Virus record (IMG/VR): IMGVR_UViG_2902146782_000003
DNA: 64,000 nt
Strand: one strand, 5' to 3'
Source: a virus
Taxonomy: Duplodnaviria; Heunggongvirae; Uroviricota; Caudoviricetes
The notes under the pieces are model-generated. The model had not been told where the DNA came from and ran no database searches. It saw only the letters and a list, made by a program, of their open reading frames with translations. The position numbers and the translations under genes are program-made. Below are positions 19,789 through 28,928 of this stretch, one piece after another. Positions within the stretch are counted from its first letter, which is position 1, and every line of letters starts with the position of its first letter.

Positions 19789-20307
19789 ATGAGTTTTGTT
19801 GTAAAAGGTAGTTTTGGAGAGATTGAAGTGGATTGTATTATAAATGGATTGATAACACCTAATAAGATGATTATGTTTAATGCTATGCTTGTGGATGGCA
19901 GGAAGATATTTGTAGGGATTGCCCCAATAAACAAAGGTTATCAAGAAGCATTAGAGCAGATTCAAGAAATCAATAAGATACTTGAAGGGGCAAATTGTAA
20001 AAAAGAAAAAGCAGCACCAGCCCATAAACCTAAGTACAAATGGGGAGACTGGAAAGAAGTTTACACTTATTTTATGGACCCATTTTCTCGTAGAGAAAAA
20101 CTATTAGTATATAATGTTAGAACTAATGGTAAGAGAGTGCAGGTAGAATTCGACGGTGTAAAAGCTATGGCTTCTTGTAATATTGAAGCAGGAGATCAAT
20201 TTGATTATAAGTTTGGTAGGGAACTGGCAGAGCGAAGATTGATTGCGAAATTGATTGAGAAACGTGCAAATTCATATTATATAAGCAAAATCAGCAAAAC
20301 AAATTAA
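19789..20307 (+). CDS. hypothetical protein
   Basis: ORF with GGAGG RBS. Confidence 0.4.
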   Translation: MSFVVKGSFGEIEVDCIINGLITPNKMIMFNAMLVDGRKIFVGIAPINKGYQEALEQIQEINKILEGANCKKEKAAPAHKPKYKWGDWKEVYTYFMDPFSRREKLLVYNVRTNGKRVQVEFDGVKAMASCNIEAGDQFDYKFGRELAERRLIAKLIEKRANSYYISKISKTN

Positions 20308-20322
20308 ATTAACTTTATGTAT

Positions 20323-20351
20323 TGACAAACGAAACTTGATATGCTATACTA
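20323..20351 (+). promoter_or_regulatory. sigma-70-like promoter (TTGACA-17-TATACT) after an AAATTAAATTAACTTT box
   Basis: read directly; lies upstream of tRNA-Gln. Confidence 0.5.
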
Positions 20352-20440
20352 AATACATAGTCAAGGATGACAACAGCACAGAGGAGTGAAAGCTCCCTGT
20401 GCTAAATAAAAAGAAGAAAGAAATTTAATTATACAAACAA

Positions 20441-20511
20441 TGGCTATCGCCAAGCGGTAAGGCACAGCACTTTGACTGCTGCATTCGCTGGTTCGAATCC
20501 AGCTAGCCCAG
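20441..20511 (+). tRNA. tRNA-Gln (anticodon TTG), acceptor stem apparently missing one G
   Basis: D-arm GCCAAGCGGTAAGGC, anticodon arm CAGCA-CTTTGAC-TGCTG, T-arm GCTGG-TTCGAAT-CCAGC; 5' TGGCTAT fails to pair with 3' TAGCCCA unless read as TGGGCTAT. Confidence 0.6.
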
Positions 20512-20545
20512 CTTGAAAATTTAATTATACAAAAAGGAGATAAAA

Positions 20546-21664
20546 ATGAGTAAAATTATTAGTACAGGTTCCACTTTTAGAATCTACGGAGATGATCTTG
20601 TAACACATAATCAACTTCCGGCACAAATTTATTCTATCAGATGTTCACAGATGACAGGATTTTATTTAGAGAAACATGCTGATATTGAGATCAATGAAGA
20701 TAAAATATACGGTGTGCACATGGAAAAAGTAAATAAAGTATTAAATGCTTTTCCAAATTTCAATAAAAATCTTGGCGTGATCTTATCTGGAGCCAAAGGA
20801 ATTGGCAAATCTTTATTTTCTAAGATTCTTGCTGTAGAAGCTGTAAAAAAAGGATTGCCAGTAATTATTGTTGATACATATATCCCTGGAATTGCTAATT
20901 TTATTGAAGAAATTGAACAGGAAGTATTAGTAATGTTTGATGAGTTTGATAAAACATTTGGTAATATTAAAGCTGCTGATGGTATGGCTAATCCGCAAAC
21001 AGAGCTGCTTACATTATTTGATGGATTAGCTCAAGGGAAAAAGTTATATGTTATTACTTGTAATAATCTTAATACTCTGAGTGATTATTTGGTAAATAGA
21101 CCTGGAAGATTTCATTATCATTTTAGATTTGATTATCCAACAGATTCTGAGATTACAGAATATATGAGAGATAAGTTACATAAAGAGTATTATGGAGAAA
21201 TTAGTAAGGTAATTGCATTTTCTAAAAGAGTCAGCTTGAATTATGATTGTTTAAGAGCTATCGCATTTGAGCTTAATACAGGATTACAATTTCAAGAGGC
21301 AATTAAAGATATGAATATCCTTCATATAAATAATACCGTTTATATAGCTACTTTGTATACTAAAGATGGAAAAAAGGATACAGAAGAAAAGAGCCTTGAT
21401 TTATTTGATAAGACTTCTAATCATAGTTTATATTTTACAATAGATGGAAAATGGTTCTATACAAAATTTTCTGGTGTTGATGTAAGATATGATTTTGACA
21501 GACACATTGATTTTGTTGATGGAAAAGATGTTGAAATTATTCCGGATGAAGACTATGCGGATCTTACAAAAGAAGAAAAGAAAAAATACGAAAATATTAA
21601 AATTGATCGTATCGTTTTTGCAAGAAAAGAAGAAAAGGGACTTCATTATAATCTTTCTGTATAA
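20546..21664 (+). CDS. AAA+ family ATPase
   Basis: Walker A GAKGIGKS, Walker B VMFDEFD, second-region NRPGRFH. Confidence 0.75.
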   Translation: MSKIISTGSTFRIYGDDLVTHNQLPAQIYSIRCSQMTGFYLEKHADIEINEDKIYGVHMEKVNKVLNAFPNFNKNLGVILSGAKGIGKSLFSKILAVEAVKKGLPVIIVDTYIPGIANFIEEIEQEVLVMFDEFDKTFGNIKAADGMANPQTELLTLFDGLAQGKKLYVITCNNLNTLSDYLVNRPGRFHYHFRFDYPTDSEITEYMRDKLHKEYYGEISKVIAFSKRVSLNYDCLRAIAFELNTGLQFQEAIKDMNILHINNTVYIATLYTKDGKKDTEEKSLDLFDKTSNHSLYFTIDGKWFYTKFSGVDVRYDFDRHIDFVDGKDVEIIPDEDYADLTKEEKKKYENIKIDRIVFARKEEKGLHYNLSV

Positions 21665-21831
21665 AAATTTAATTAAACATTCCGACGAATAAAAACTTTA
21701 GATATGTGGAAGTTCGGTTATAAGCATGTGGCTTTCATTTTACTTTTTACCTCTTATAACTCGTTTGAAGCAGGTCTTACGAGTATAAATAAACTGTATA
21801 AGGGTAAGCCAGTAGTAACCTTATACAACAA

Positions 21832-21911
21832 GCGGATATGACGGAACTGGCAGACGTAGAAGGCTCAAACCCTTCGGAGAAATCGTGTGGGTTCGAATCC
21901 CACTATCCGTA
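21832..21911 (+). tRNA. tRNA-Leu (anticodon CAA), type II with long variable arm
   Basis: acceptor GCGGATA/TATCCGT, anticodon arm GAAGG-CTCAAAC-CCTTC, T-arm GTGGG-TTCGAAT-CCCAC. Confidence 0.8.
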
Positions 21912-22347
21912 TTCGGACTATTCTTACGGATTTACTTGATGGCCTAAATAGTAATGAGGAGAAATAAGTCCGAGAGGTTAACCTTTATATTATATAGCGT
22001 CTATAGGACATTAAAGAAGATTGAAAAGTTGGTGGAATACTGGAACCCAGTGATGAGGAAGCTGCGAATGTGTTGGTTGTATGGTTTGGACGCATTGAAA
22101 GGAAACATTTATATAGATGTGCTTTGTGCTAATGAGGTTGTGAGTGGGCGTTGGAGGAGGATCTGGTAGCAGATGTGTAATTAGTTACGAAGCGAAAAGT
22201 AATTGAGTCAGTGAGGTAGAAATAATGTGGGAGGGCTTTTGAGAGTGATGACGATCGTTCGTGTAACTGACACGATTGCATAAGCAAGTTTTTTACAGAT
22301 ATTGTTACATTTCTATATTGTGGGTGTAATTATAACGCCCACTACAT

Positions 22348-22421
22348 GGAAACTTAGCTCAGTTGGTTAGAGCAACCGGCTCATAACCGGTCGGTCCTGG
22401 GTTCGAGTCCCAGAGTTTCCA
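22348..22421 (+). tRNA. tRNA-Met/fMet/Ile2 (anticodon CAT)
   Basis: acceptor GGAAACT/AGTTTCC, D-arm GCTCAGTTGGTTAGAGC, anticodon arm ACCGG-CTCATAA-CCGGT, T-arm CTGGG-TTCGAGT-CCCAG. Confidence 0.85.
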
Positions 22422-22626
22422 TTTCTCCTGACGAAGGAGTGACTTTTATAGGCTGTAGAGTTCCAATAAGAAACAAGCCGTTTCTAGTTAGGGCGTGAAA
22501 CTGGTGTTTTTTTGAGATGTTTTATAAGTAAAAATATCCAGCTTTAGAGAAAATGTAGTGAATTGAGCTGATCAAAGAACACATAATCCTGTTAGGACTG
22601 CAGCACGACAGGTCATGCATGAAAAG

Positions 22627-22699
22627 TGATAAGTAGCTCAGTTGGGAGAAAGAGCGCACTACAAAAGTGAGGTCGGTGGTTCGAGTCCACTCTTATCAC
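22627..22699 (+). ncRNA. aberrant tRNA-like element (good acceptor and T-arm; D/anticodon region does not fold canonically)
   Basis: acceptor TGATAAG/CTTATCA and T-arm GGTGG-TTCGAGT-CCACT are clear, but the segment GCTCAGTTGGGAGAAAGAGCGCACTACAAAAGTGAGGTC gives no 5-bp anticodon stem. Confidence 0.35.
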
Positions 22700-22776
22700 A
22701 TTTGTAATGATGACGCGCGGATCGTTACAAAAGAAAATAGTAACTACTGAAATGTATATTTAAGGAGGCAGTAAAC

Positions 22777-23145
22777 ATGACAAAATATGATTTATGTACG
22801 GGTGATATCGTTCTTTCTACAAAGGGAAGCTACGGTATTGTGCTAATCGGAACTAATGGAGATGATCAAATCAAATGGTACAGTAATAATAAAGGACAGG
22901 TTATTAACAGATTTAGATCTTTTTCTATGATTAACGAAGATCTTACATTTAAATATGATTTAGGTAATCGTATTATTAAGGTATGGAGAACGAAAGACAA
23001 ACATTATCTTGGTGATAAAGCAATTACAGAATATAATGCAGCAGAATGTCATGGATTTGAATGCATCTATGAAGAGTTAATTAAGGAAGTAACTATGGCT
23101 GAAGTTGAAGAAAAGTTTGGCTGCAAAGTAAAAATTGTAAAGTAA
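22777..23145 (+). CDS. hypothetical protein
   Basis: ORF with AAGGAGG RBS. Confidence 0.45.
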   Translation: MTKYDLCTGDIVLSTKGSYGIVLIGTNGDDQIKWYSNNKGQVINRFRSFSMINEDLTFKYDLGNRIIKVWRTKDKHYLGDKAITEYNAAECHGFECIYEELIKEVTMAEVEEKFGCKVKIVK

Positions 23146-23283
23146 TAAAATTTAATTATACAGGCACGTATAAATGAGGAATAGGAAATAATATTTGAAG
23201 CACTATCTTAAAAGATCAGTGCATAGATGTCAGTGTGACAATAAACTGCAAAGTTATTCCACTTCGGAAAGCGAGGTGAAATA

Positions 23284-24204
23284 ATGGAGCAGAAGAAATT
23301 TATGGATATTCAACGTCTGAAAGAAGGATATGCAGATGGATTTGTACCGGGTGACTTAATTGTTATCCAGGAAAAATTCGACGGATCCAATGCAGCAGCT
23401 AGATATGATGCAGAGACTGGCAAAATGGTAGCTTTTTCCAGAAGACATACGTTGGATCAGAACAATACATTAAATGGTTTTTATAATTATGTGCAGGAGT
23501 TAAATCCTGAAGATTATAAAGATGTTCCGGACTATGTAATATTTGGAGAATGGTCTGGAGCAAGAAATGCGATTATTTATTATCCAGAAAATACTAAGAA
23601 ATGGTACGTATTTGATATTTATGATGTAAGGGAAGAAAAATATCTTCCTCAGTCAGAAGTAAAGGCATTTGCAGAAACGCATGGACTTACATATATCAAT
23701 ACATTTTATGTTGGACCGTTTGTCAGTTGGGAACATGTACAAAGTTTTATGGATCATCCGGGATATGGAGAAATTCAAGAAGGTATTGTTATAAAGAACC
23801 AAACAAGATTAAACGATCCGAATAGCAGATTACCATTTGTAGTGAAAATCGTTGGAGATAAATTTCATGAAGTCGCAAAAATGAATCATGTTAAAAAGAT
23901 TCAAGATCCACAAAAGTTGCAAGAACGAACAGAAGCACAGGAACTTGTAAAATCTGTCGTGACGCGGCGTAGAGTTGAAAAAGAGTTATATAAAATGCGT
24001 GATGAAGGAATCATCCCAACAGAGTGGTGTGAACAGGATATGAAAACTGTTGCAAGGAATCTTCCAAACAGAATTTATACAGATTGTGTAAAAGAAGAAC
24101 CGGAAGTAGTTCGAGCAGCAGGACAATATTTTGGAAAATTCTGTTCCGTTATTTCGATGAATTACGCACGAGAGATTATTCTCGGTCCGACTGGAGCAAA
24201 GTAA
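23284..24204 (+). CDS. ATP-dependent polynucleotide (RNA) ligase-like nucleotidyltransferase
   Basis: KxDG adenylation motif QEKFDGSN near the N-terminus; about 300 aa; sits beside the tRNA island. Confidence 0.55.
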   Translation: MEQKKFMDIQRLKEGYADGFVPGDLIVIQEKFDGSNAAARYDAETGKMVAFSRRHTLDQNNTLNGFYNYVQELNPEDYKDVPDYVIFGEWSGARNAIIYYPENTKKWYVFDIYDVREEKYLPQSEVKAFAETHGLTYINTFYVGPFVSWEHVQSFMDHPGYGEIQEGIVIKNQTRLNDPNSRLPFVVKIVGDKFHEVAKMNHVKKIQDPQKLQERTEAQELVKSVVTRRRVEKELYKMRDEGIIPTEWCEQDMKTVARNLPNRIYTDCVKEEPEVVRAAGQYFGKFCSVISMNYAREIILGPTGAK

Positions 24205-24222
24205 GGCGAAAGGAGGACACGA

Positions 24223-24438
24223 ATGGTGGCAACAGCATTTAGTAGATTATGTACTTCTTGTAAAAAAAGATTTGCATACAAACAAACAGACGCCATCTTT
24301 GATGAGAATGGATATGGATATTCAACCAAGCTTGTGAAATGCAAACATTGTGGGCGATTAAATGTGATTCGATATTTTGAAGATGACTCGATGAAATTAA
24401 ACAATGATAGAAAATATTATGATTATGACATGGTATAG
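24223..24438 (+). CDS. small Zn-ribbon protein (CTSCKK ... CKHCGR)
   Basis: ORF with two CxxC pairs. Confidence 0.4.
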   Translation: MVATAFSRLCTSCKKRFAYKQTDAIFDENGYGYSTKLVKCKHCGRLNVIRYFEDDSMKLNNDRKYYDYDMV

Positions 24439-24457
24439 AATAGGAGAATAATAAATA

Positions 24458-25675
24458 ATGGCAAAACAGAAAGAAAAAAAACCGTTAGATAAAAAAGGTT
24501 GGGTTCAGACATTTGAATTGATTGGAAAGGCATGTATTAAAGATTACACATTCAAAATTGATGAACATTCTAAGAAAAGCGACTGGATTTACAATTCTAT
24601 TAACCTGAATGTTGACTGCGGTGATAAATACGGAAAAGTTGGCTGCGAATTAATGGGTGGTTATGGAGCTGGTAGAAACAATGTGATTTATGTTCATGGC
24701 AAAGATGAGAATGGTGGAGATGATTTTGATAACAGATACCAGATTGATTTTGATGATCGATTTGACGAGGATATTCTAAAAGATATTGGAGAGCTTTGCT
24801 TTATCAAAATTGGTATTGAGAAGGATACAAAAGGTGAAGTTGTTATCAATAAATTCTTACATGCATATGATGCAATTAAATATCTGTCTGAAGCATTGCA
24901 GGATGGTATGGAGATTAAGGTAAGAGGGCAGTTAAAATATACTGTATATGACAAACATGTACAAGTAAGAAAAGAAATTAACAGTATTTATCTTCCAAGA
25001 GAGAAGGAATTGAATACTTATGAAGCAGCATTTACTCAGTCGATGCTTCTTGACAAGTATTCAATCGGAAAAGCAGATAAAGATAAATGTGCGTTCCCGA
25101 TAACGGCATACATTCTGGAGAAATTCAAAGAATATAATGGTAATGACTTGACTGAAGGTGGCGCTGTAAAAGGCGGAAAGTTTGTACCTTTGAGAAAGAC
25201 ATTTGAATATGTTTATGATCCGGAAGATGAAAAATCTATTGAGCGCGCAGGAAAACTTTTCAAAGTTAAGAAAAACGTGACATTGATTACTTGTCAAGGA
25301 GTATTTGTTGAAGGCGGTGCAGTGATCCAGACAACTGAAGACGATTTACCAGACGATATTAAAGAACTGGTAGAAATGGGAGCTTATAGTTTGGAAGAAG
25401 CATTAGCACTTTGTACAGAAAATGCTAGTAAAGAACGCAGGATGTTACTTACTAGACCAGTTATTAAGTTAGTTGGAGAAGACGGATCTAAGATTCCACA
25501 GATTCAGAAATTTGATTCTATGTATTCAGAAGATGATCTTGTATTAGATTATCTGATTGAAGCAGATGATGACGAAGAAGTGGATGAAGTAGAAGAAGAT
25601 TCAGAAACTGATACAACGGAGCAGGATGAAGAAATTGATTATGATTCAATGTTAGATTCGCTGCTTGATGATTAA
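24458..25675 (+). CDS. hypothetical protein with strongly acidic C-terminal tail (possible ssDNA-binding/recombination partner)
   Basis: C-terminus DDDEEVDEVEEDSETDTTEQDEEIDYDSMLDSLLDD; immediately upstream of a Sak4-like ATPase. Confidence 0.45.
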   Translation: MAKQKEKKPLDKKGWVQTFELIGKACIKDYTFKIDEHSKKSDWIYNSINLNVDCGDKYGKVGCELMGGYGAGRNNVIYVHGKDENGGDDFDNRYQIDFDDRFDEDILKDIGELCFIKIGIEKDTKGEVVINKFLHAYDAIKYLSEALQDGMEIKVRGQLKYTVYDKHVQVRKEINSIYLPREKELNTYEAAFTQSMLLDKYSIGKADKDKCAFPITAYILEKFKEYNGNDLTEGGAVKGGKFVPLRKTFEYVYDPEDEKSIERAGKLFKVKKNVTLITCQGVFVEGGAVIQTTEDDLPDDIKELVEMGAYSLEEALALCTENASKERRMLLTRPVIKLVGEDGSKIPQIQKFDSMYSEDDLVLDYLIEADDDEEVDEVEEDSETDTTEQDEEIDYDSMLDSLLDD

Positions 25676-25720
25676 CTATAATAATTAAATTATACAAAGT
25701 ACAGAAAGGAAACAAATACT

Positions 25721-26869
25721 ATGGGATACGGAAAAAAGAATACAATTAAAATTGATCCTTTATCATATAATATTGGACTTATTGGGGAAAGTGGTATCGG
25801 AAAAACAACAATTATTAAAGAGATGTGCGAGAAACTTGTAGGTGAAGATGGATATCGTTTTCTTGAGTGTGGTAAAGAAGATGGTGCTGACGGTATTAAT
25901 GGAATCAACTATTTGAATTGTCCGGAATGGTCAATGGATTATGATGAAGAAACAAACAGTATTGGATTTGAAGATTTTGTGGATGATGTCGTTGAGAATA
26001 AATCCACAGAATATCCTGATCTAAAGACAGTTGTTATTGATACATATGATCAGCTTGTAGAAATTGCAAAGCCAGAAGTTATTCGTATGCATAATGCGGA
26101 GAATCCTGAGAAACCGGTAAAATCTATCAAAGCAGCTTTTGGTGGTTATATGGCCGGAGAGGATAAGGCAACAGAAATTGTTCTGAATAAGTTATGGGAA
26201 CTGAAATCGGTTGGTGTTCATTTCATTATTATTGGACACGTTAAGCAGCGTACACAAGATGATGTAACAACAGGACAGACATATACTTCTCTAACAACTA
26301 ATATGTCAATGAGAGATTTTAATGCAATCAAAACAAAATTACATTTTCTTGGTGTTGCTTCTATTGATAGAGAAATCGTGCAGGAAAAGACTGGCAAGAC
26401 TAAAAAGGAAGGTAAAAAAGATGTAGATATTATGAAAGGTGTAATTACAAGCGAAAGCCGTAAAATTACATTCCGTGATGATTCTTATTCTATCGATTCC
26501 AAATCAAGATTTGCTGACATTGTTCCGGAAATTGAATTTAGTTCAGATGCATTAATTAAGGCTCTTACAGATGCTATCAAAGCCGAAGCATCTAAAGGGA
26601 GTAAATCTGTTGATGAATTAAAGAAAGAACAAGATTCAGCTGCAGAAAAAAGAGCTGAAAAGATTGCAGAAGCTGAAGCAGAAGCTAAAATACAGAAAGA
26701 ACTTAGTGAAATCACAGAAAAGATTAAGGCGTTTTGTATTGCTAATAAAGGTAAAACAGCAAAATTAAAACCACTTGTAGCTGCAGCTAAAGAAATGGGT
26801 TATGACAATCCGATGAAAGTAACAAATATTGATGACGCAAAAAAGATTCTTGAACTTACTGTTGCGTAA
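25721..26869 (+). CDS. RecA-fold recombination ATPase (AAA_24/Sak4-like)
   Basis: Walker A GESGIGKTT, Walker B VVIDTYD, HFIIIGH motif; charged coiled C-terminal extension. Confidence 0.65.
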   Translation: MGYGKKNTIKIDPLSYNIGLIGESGIGKTTIIKEMCEKLVGEDGYRFLECGKEDGADGINGINYLNCPEWSMDYDEETNSIGFEDFVDDVVENKSTEYPDLKTVVIDTYDQLVEIAKPEVIRMHNAENPEKPVKSIKAAFGGYMAGEDKATEIVLNKLWELKSVGVHFIIIGHVKQRTQDDVTTGQTYTSLTTNMSMRDFNAIKTKLHFLGVASIDREIVQEKTGKTKKEGKKDVDIMKGVITSESRKITFRDDSYSIDSKSRFADIVPEIEFSSDALIKALTDAIKAEASKGSKSVDELKKEQDSAAEKRAEKIAEAEAEAKIQKELSEITEKIKAFCIANKGKTAKLKPLVAAAKEMGYDNPMKVTNIDDAKKILELTVA

Positions 26870-26881
26870 ATAAATATTGAT

Positions 26882-26908
26882 CCCAGGGCTTCTGCCTTGG
26901 GATTTCTA
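26882..26908 (+). terminator. rho-independent terminator (CCCAGGGC-TTCT-GCCTTGGG then TTTCT)
   Basis: 8-bp GC-rich hairpin directly after the stop at 26869. Confidence 0.6.
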
Positions 26909-26920
26909 AGGAGAATAACA

Positions 26921-27391
26921 TTGAGTAAGGAAAATAAAAAGGACACAACTGGTTGGAAAAATGAAGACTTCTTACAAATGTGTGATTGGGTTGAAAGAGA
27001 ATTGATGGGGTATTCTGGGACGCAGCGTTTGCATAAGAACGCATGTCTAAGATTGCAGGGGCTAAGAAAAGGACAAAGTATGGCGAATAATTCTCATGAA
27101 ATGTATGGAGAATATCCTATTGATGTTATTTTTAATACTTTTAAAGCGAACAAATATGTCATTTTAAAAGCAATAAAAGGAAAAACATTTAACAGCGAAG
27201 ATCAGAAAATGGCTTACATTTGTGCTATTGTAAGTAGCCGAATTAATGATATGTACACCAGAATGAAAAATGCAAAGAAAAGTGAAGAGAAGTCTGAAAA
27301 GATTGATATAGGAGCGCAAAATAGTGAAGCCGCTAAATATCAACGTCAGACGGAAGAGGTCATAAATTCTACATTCGAGGGGATTTGGTAA
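26921..27391 (+). CDS. hypothetical protein
   Basis: TTG start 7 nt after AAGGAGA RBS; the upstream extension in the ORF track would run through the terminator hairpin. Confidence 0.45.
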   Translation: MSKENKKDTTGWKNEDFLQMCDWVERELMGYSGTQRLHKNACLRLQGLRKGQSMANNSHEMYGEYPIDVIFNTFKANKYVILKAIKGKTFNSEDQKMAYICAIVSSRINDMYTRMKNAKKSEEKSEKIDIGAQNSEAAKYQRQTEEVINSTFEGIW

Positions 27392-28915
27392 TTGACATCT
27401 ATCACTACTAAGACGAAGGATCGCAGTAGTGCGAAAACAATGTCTCCTTTTGAAAAGGAATGTATTGAGACTATTAAAAAGGTAAATGAATATAAGTTAA
27501 TTGCAGAAGCAAATGCAGTGTCTTCTATTTACAAGAACCCGGATTTAGTCAGAGACACTTCTTTGAAACTGGAAGATATAACAAATAATGCTTGGAGAGT
27601 ATATTTTTCAATTGCGAACGATATCATCAATGTAGAACAAAAAAATACATTAGATGAAATTACAATTAATATGTATCTATCGAAACATTCAAAATTAAGT
27701 AAGAAATACGATGAATATGGTGGATATGGGAAGATTGAAAGTTCATTTACATATATCGAAGAGGCTAATTTTGATTCTTATGTGAATGAGGTAAAAAAGT
27801 GGAATGCTGTAATGAAATTAGCTCGAATGGGCTTTCCTGTAAAAGAAAAGTTAAGTAAATATGTCGATGCTAAAGCTGAAGATATATATAACGAACTTGA
27901 GGCACTTTTGAATCACACATTTATTAATGTGGAATCTGAAGTTAAAACTTATAATGCCTGCGACGGATTATTTGATTTGATTGATAAATTAAATGCTGGA
28001 AGTCAGGTAGGAATGCCACTTAAACATTGTGATATTTTGAACAGAGAAATTGGCGGCATTAATTTTAATGGAAACATTTATGGTCTAGGTGCCAATTCAG
28101 GTGTTGGAAAATCAACAACAGCAATCAACTACTTAATGCCTTCAGTGTTAGAACATAATGAAAAAATGGTCATTATGATTAATGAAGAAGATCAGGACAA
28201 AGTAAAGAAAGAGTTACTTGTCTGGGTTGCAAATAATTTATATAGTGCTGGACTACATAAATATATTTTGCGCGACGGCCATTTTAGTAAAGATGTTTTA
28301 GATAAGCTTCGTAAAGCAGCAAAATATCTTGAAGAGTTAAAAGAACGCAGAAATATTACAATCGTTCCCTTTGAAAAATATACTGTCAAAGCAGCAATCA
28401 AAGTAATAAAAAAATACTCTAGCATGGGAGTAAGGCTGTTTGTTCTGGATACATTAAAAGAATCATCTGATTCAAGAGACACAGAAACATGGAAATCTAT
28501 GGAACGAGATATGGTTGATCTTTACGATGTTGTGAAACCAGCTGCTAAAAATGTAGCATTATTTGTTACATATCAGTTAGGGAAAGCTTCAGTAAAGATG
28601 AGGTATCTTACAAATAATGAAATTGGACAAGCAAAGAATATATTGGATGTATTTAGTGTGAATTTAATGATGCGTAAACCATTTGAAGATGAATTTCCTG
28701 GAGGTTCACATGAGATTAAAGCTTATAAATTGGCGGGAAAAAATAATTCCTCAAAGATTCCGTATCATCTGGATCCGGATAAACATTATATGATCACATT
28801 TATTACTAAAAATAGATTTGGGGCTACAGACCAATTCCAGATAATCTCAGAGTATGATCTGAGTACCAATATGCACAAAGATGTTGCTATTTGTAACATA
28901 GCACAAGATTTTTAA
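27392..28915 (+). CDS. replicative DNA helicase (DnaB-like)
   Basis: Walker A GLGANSGVGKST, RecA-like C-terminal domain; TTG start abutting the upstream stop. Confidence 0.8.
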   Translation: MTSITTKTKDRSSAKTMSPFEKECIETIKKVNEYKLIAEANAVSSIYKNPDLVRDTSLKLEDITNNAWRVYFSIANDIINVEQKNTLDEITINMYLSKHSKLSKKYDEYGGYGKIESSFTYIEEANFDSYVNEVKKWNAVMKLARMGFPVKEKLSKYVDAKAEDIYNELEALLNHTFINVESEVKTYNACDGLFDLIDKLNAGSQVGMPLKHCDILNREIGGINFNGNIYGLGANSGVGKSTTAINYLMPSVLEHNEKMVIMINEEDQDKVKKELLVWVANNLYSAGLHKYILRDGHFSKDVLDKLRKAAKYLEELKERRNITIVPFEKYTVKAAIKVIKKYSSMGVRLFVLDTLKESSDSRDTETWKSMERDMVDLYDVVKPAAKNVALFVTYQLGKASVKMRYLTNNEIGQAKNILDVFSVNLMMRKPFEDEFPGGSHEIKAYKLAGKNNSSKIPYHLDPDKHYMITFITKNRFGATDQFQIISEYDLSTNMHKDVAICNIAQDF

Positions 28916-28928
28916 GCGGAGAGTAAAA

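Noticed and set aside
21954-22169. 71-aa + strand ORF inside the tRNA island
   Set aside because: No RBS. It sits in a GC-richer non-coding spacer between tRNA-Leu and tRNA-Met and has an arginine/tryptophan-rich composition atypical of this genome.
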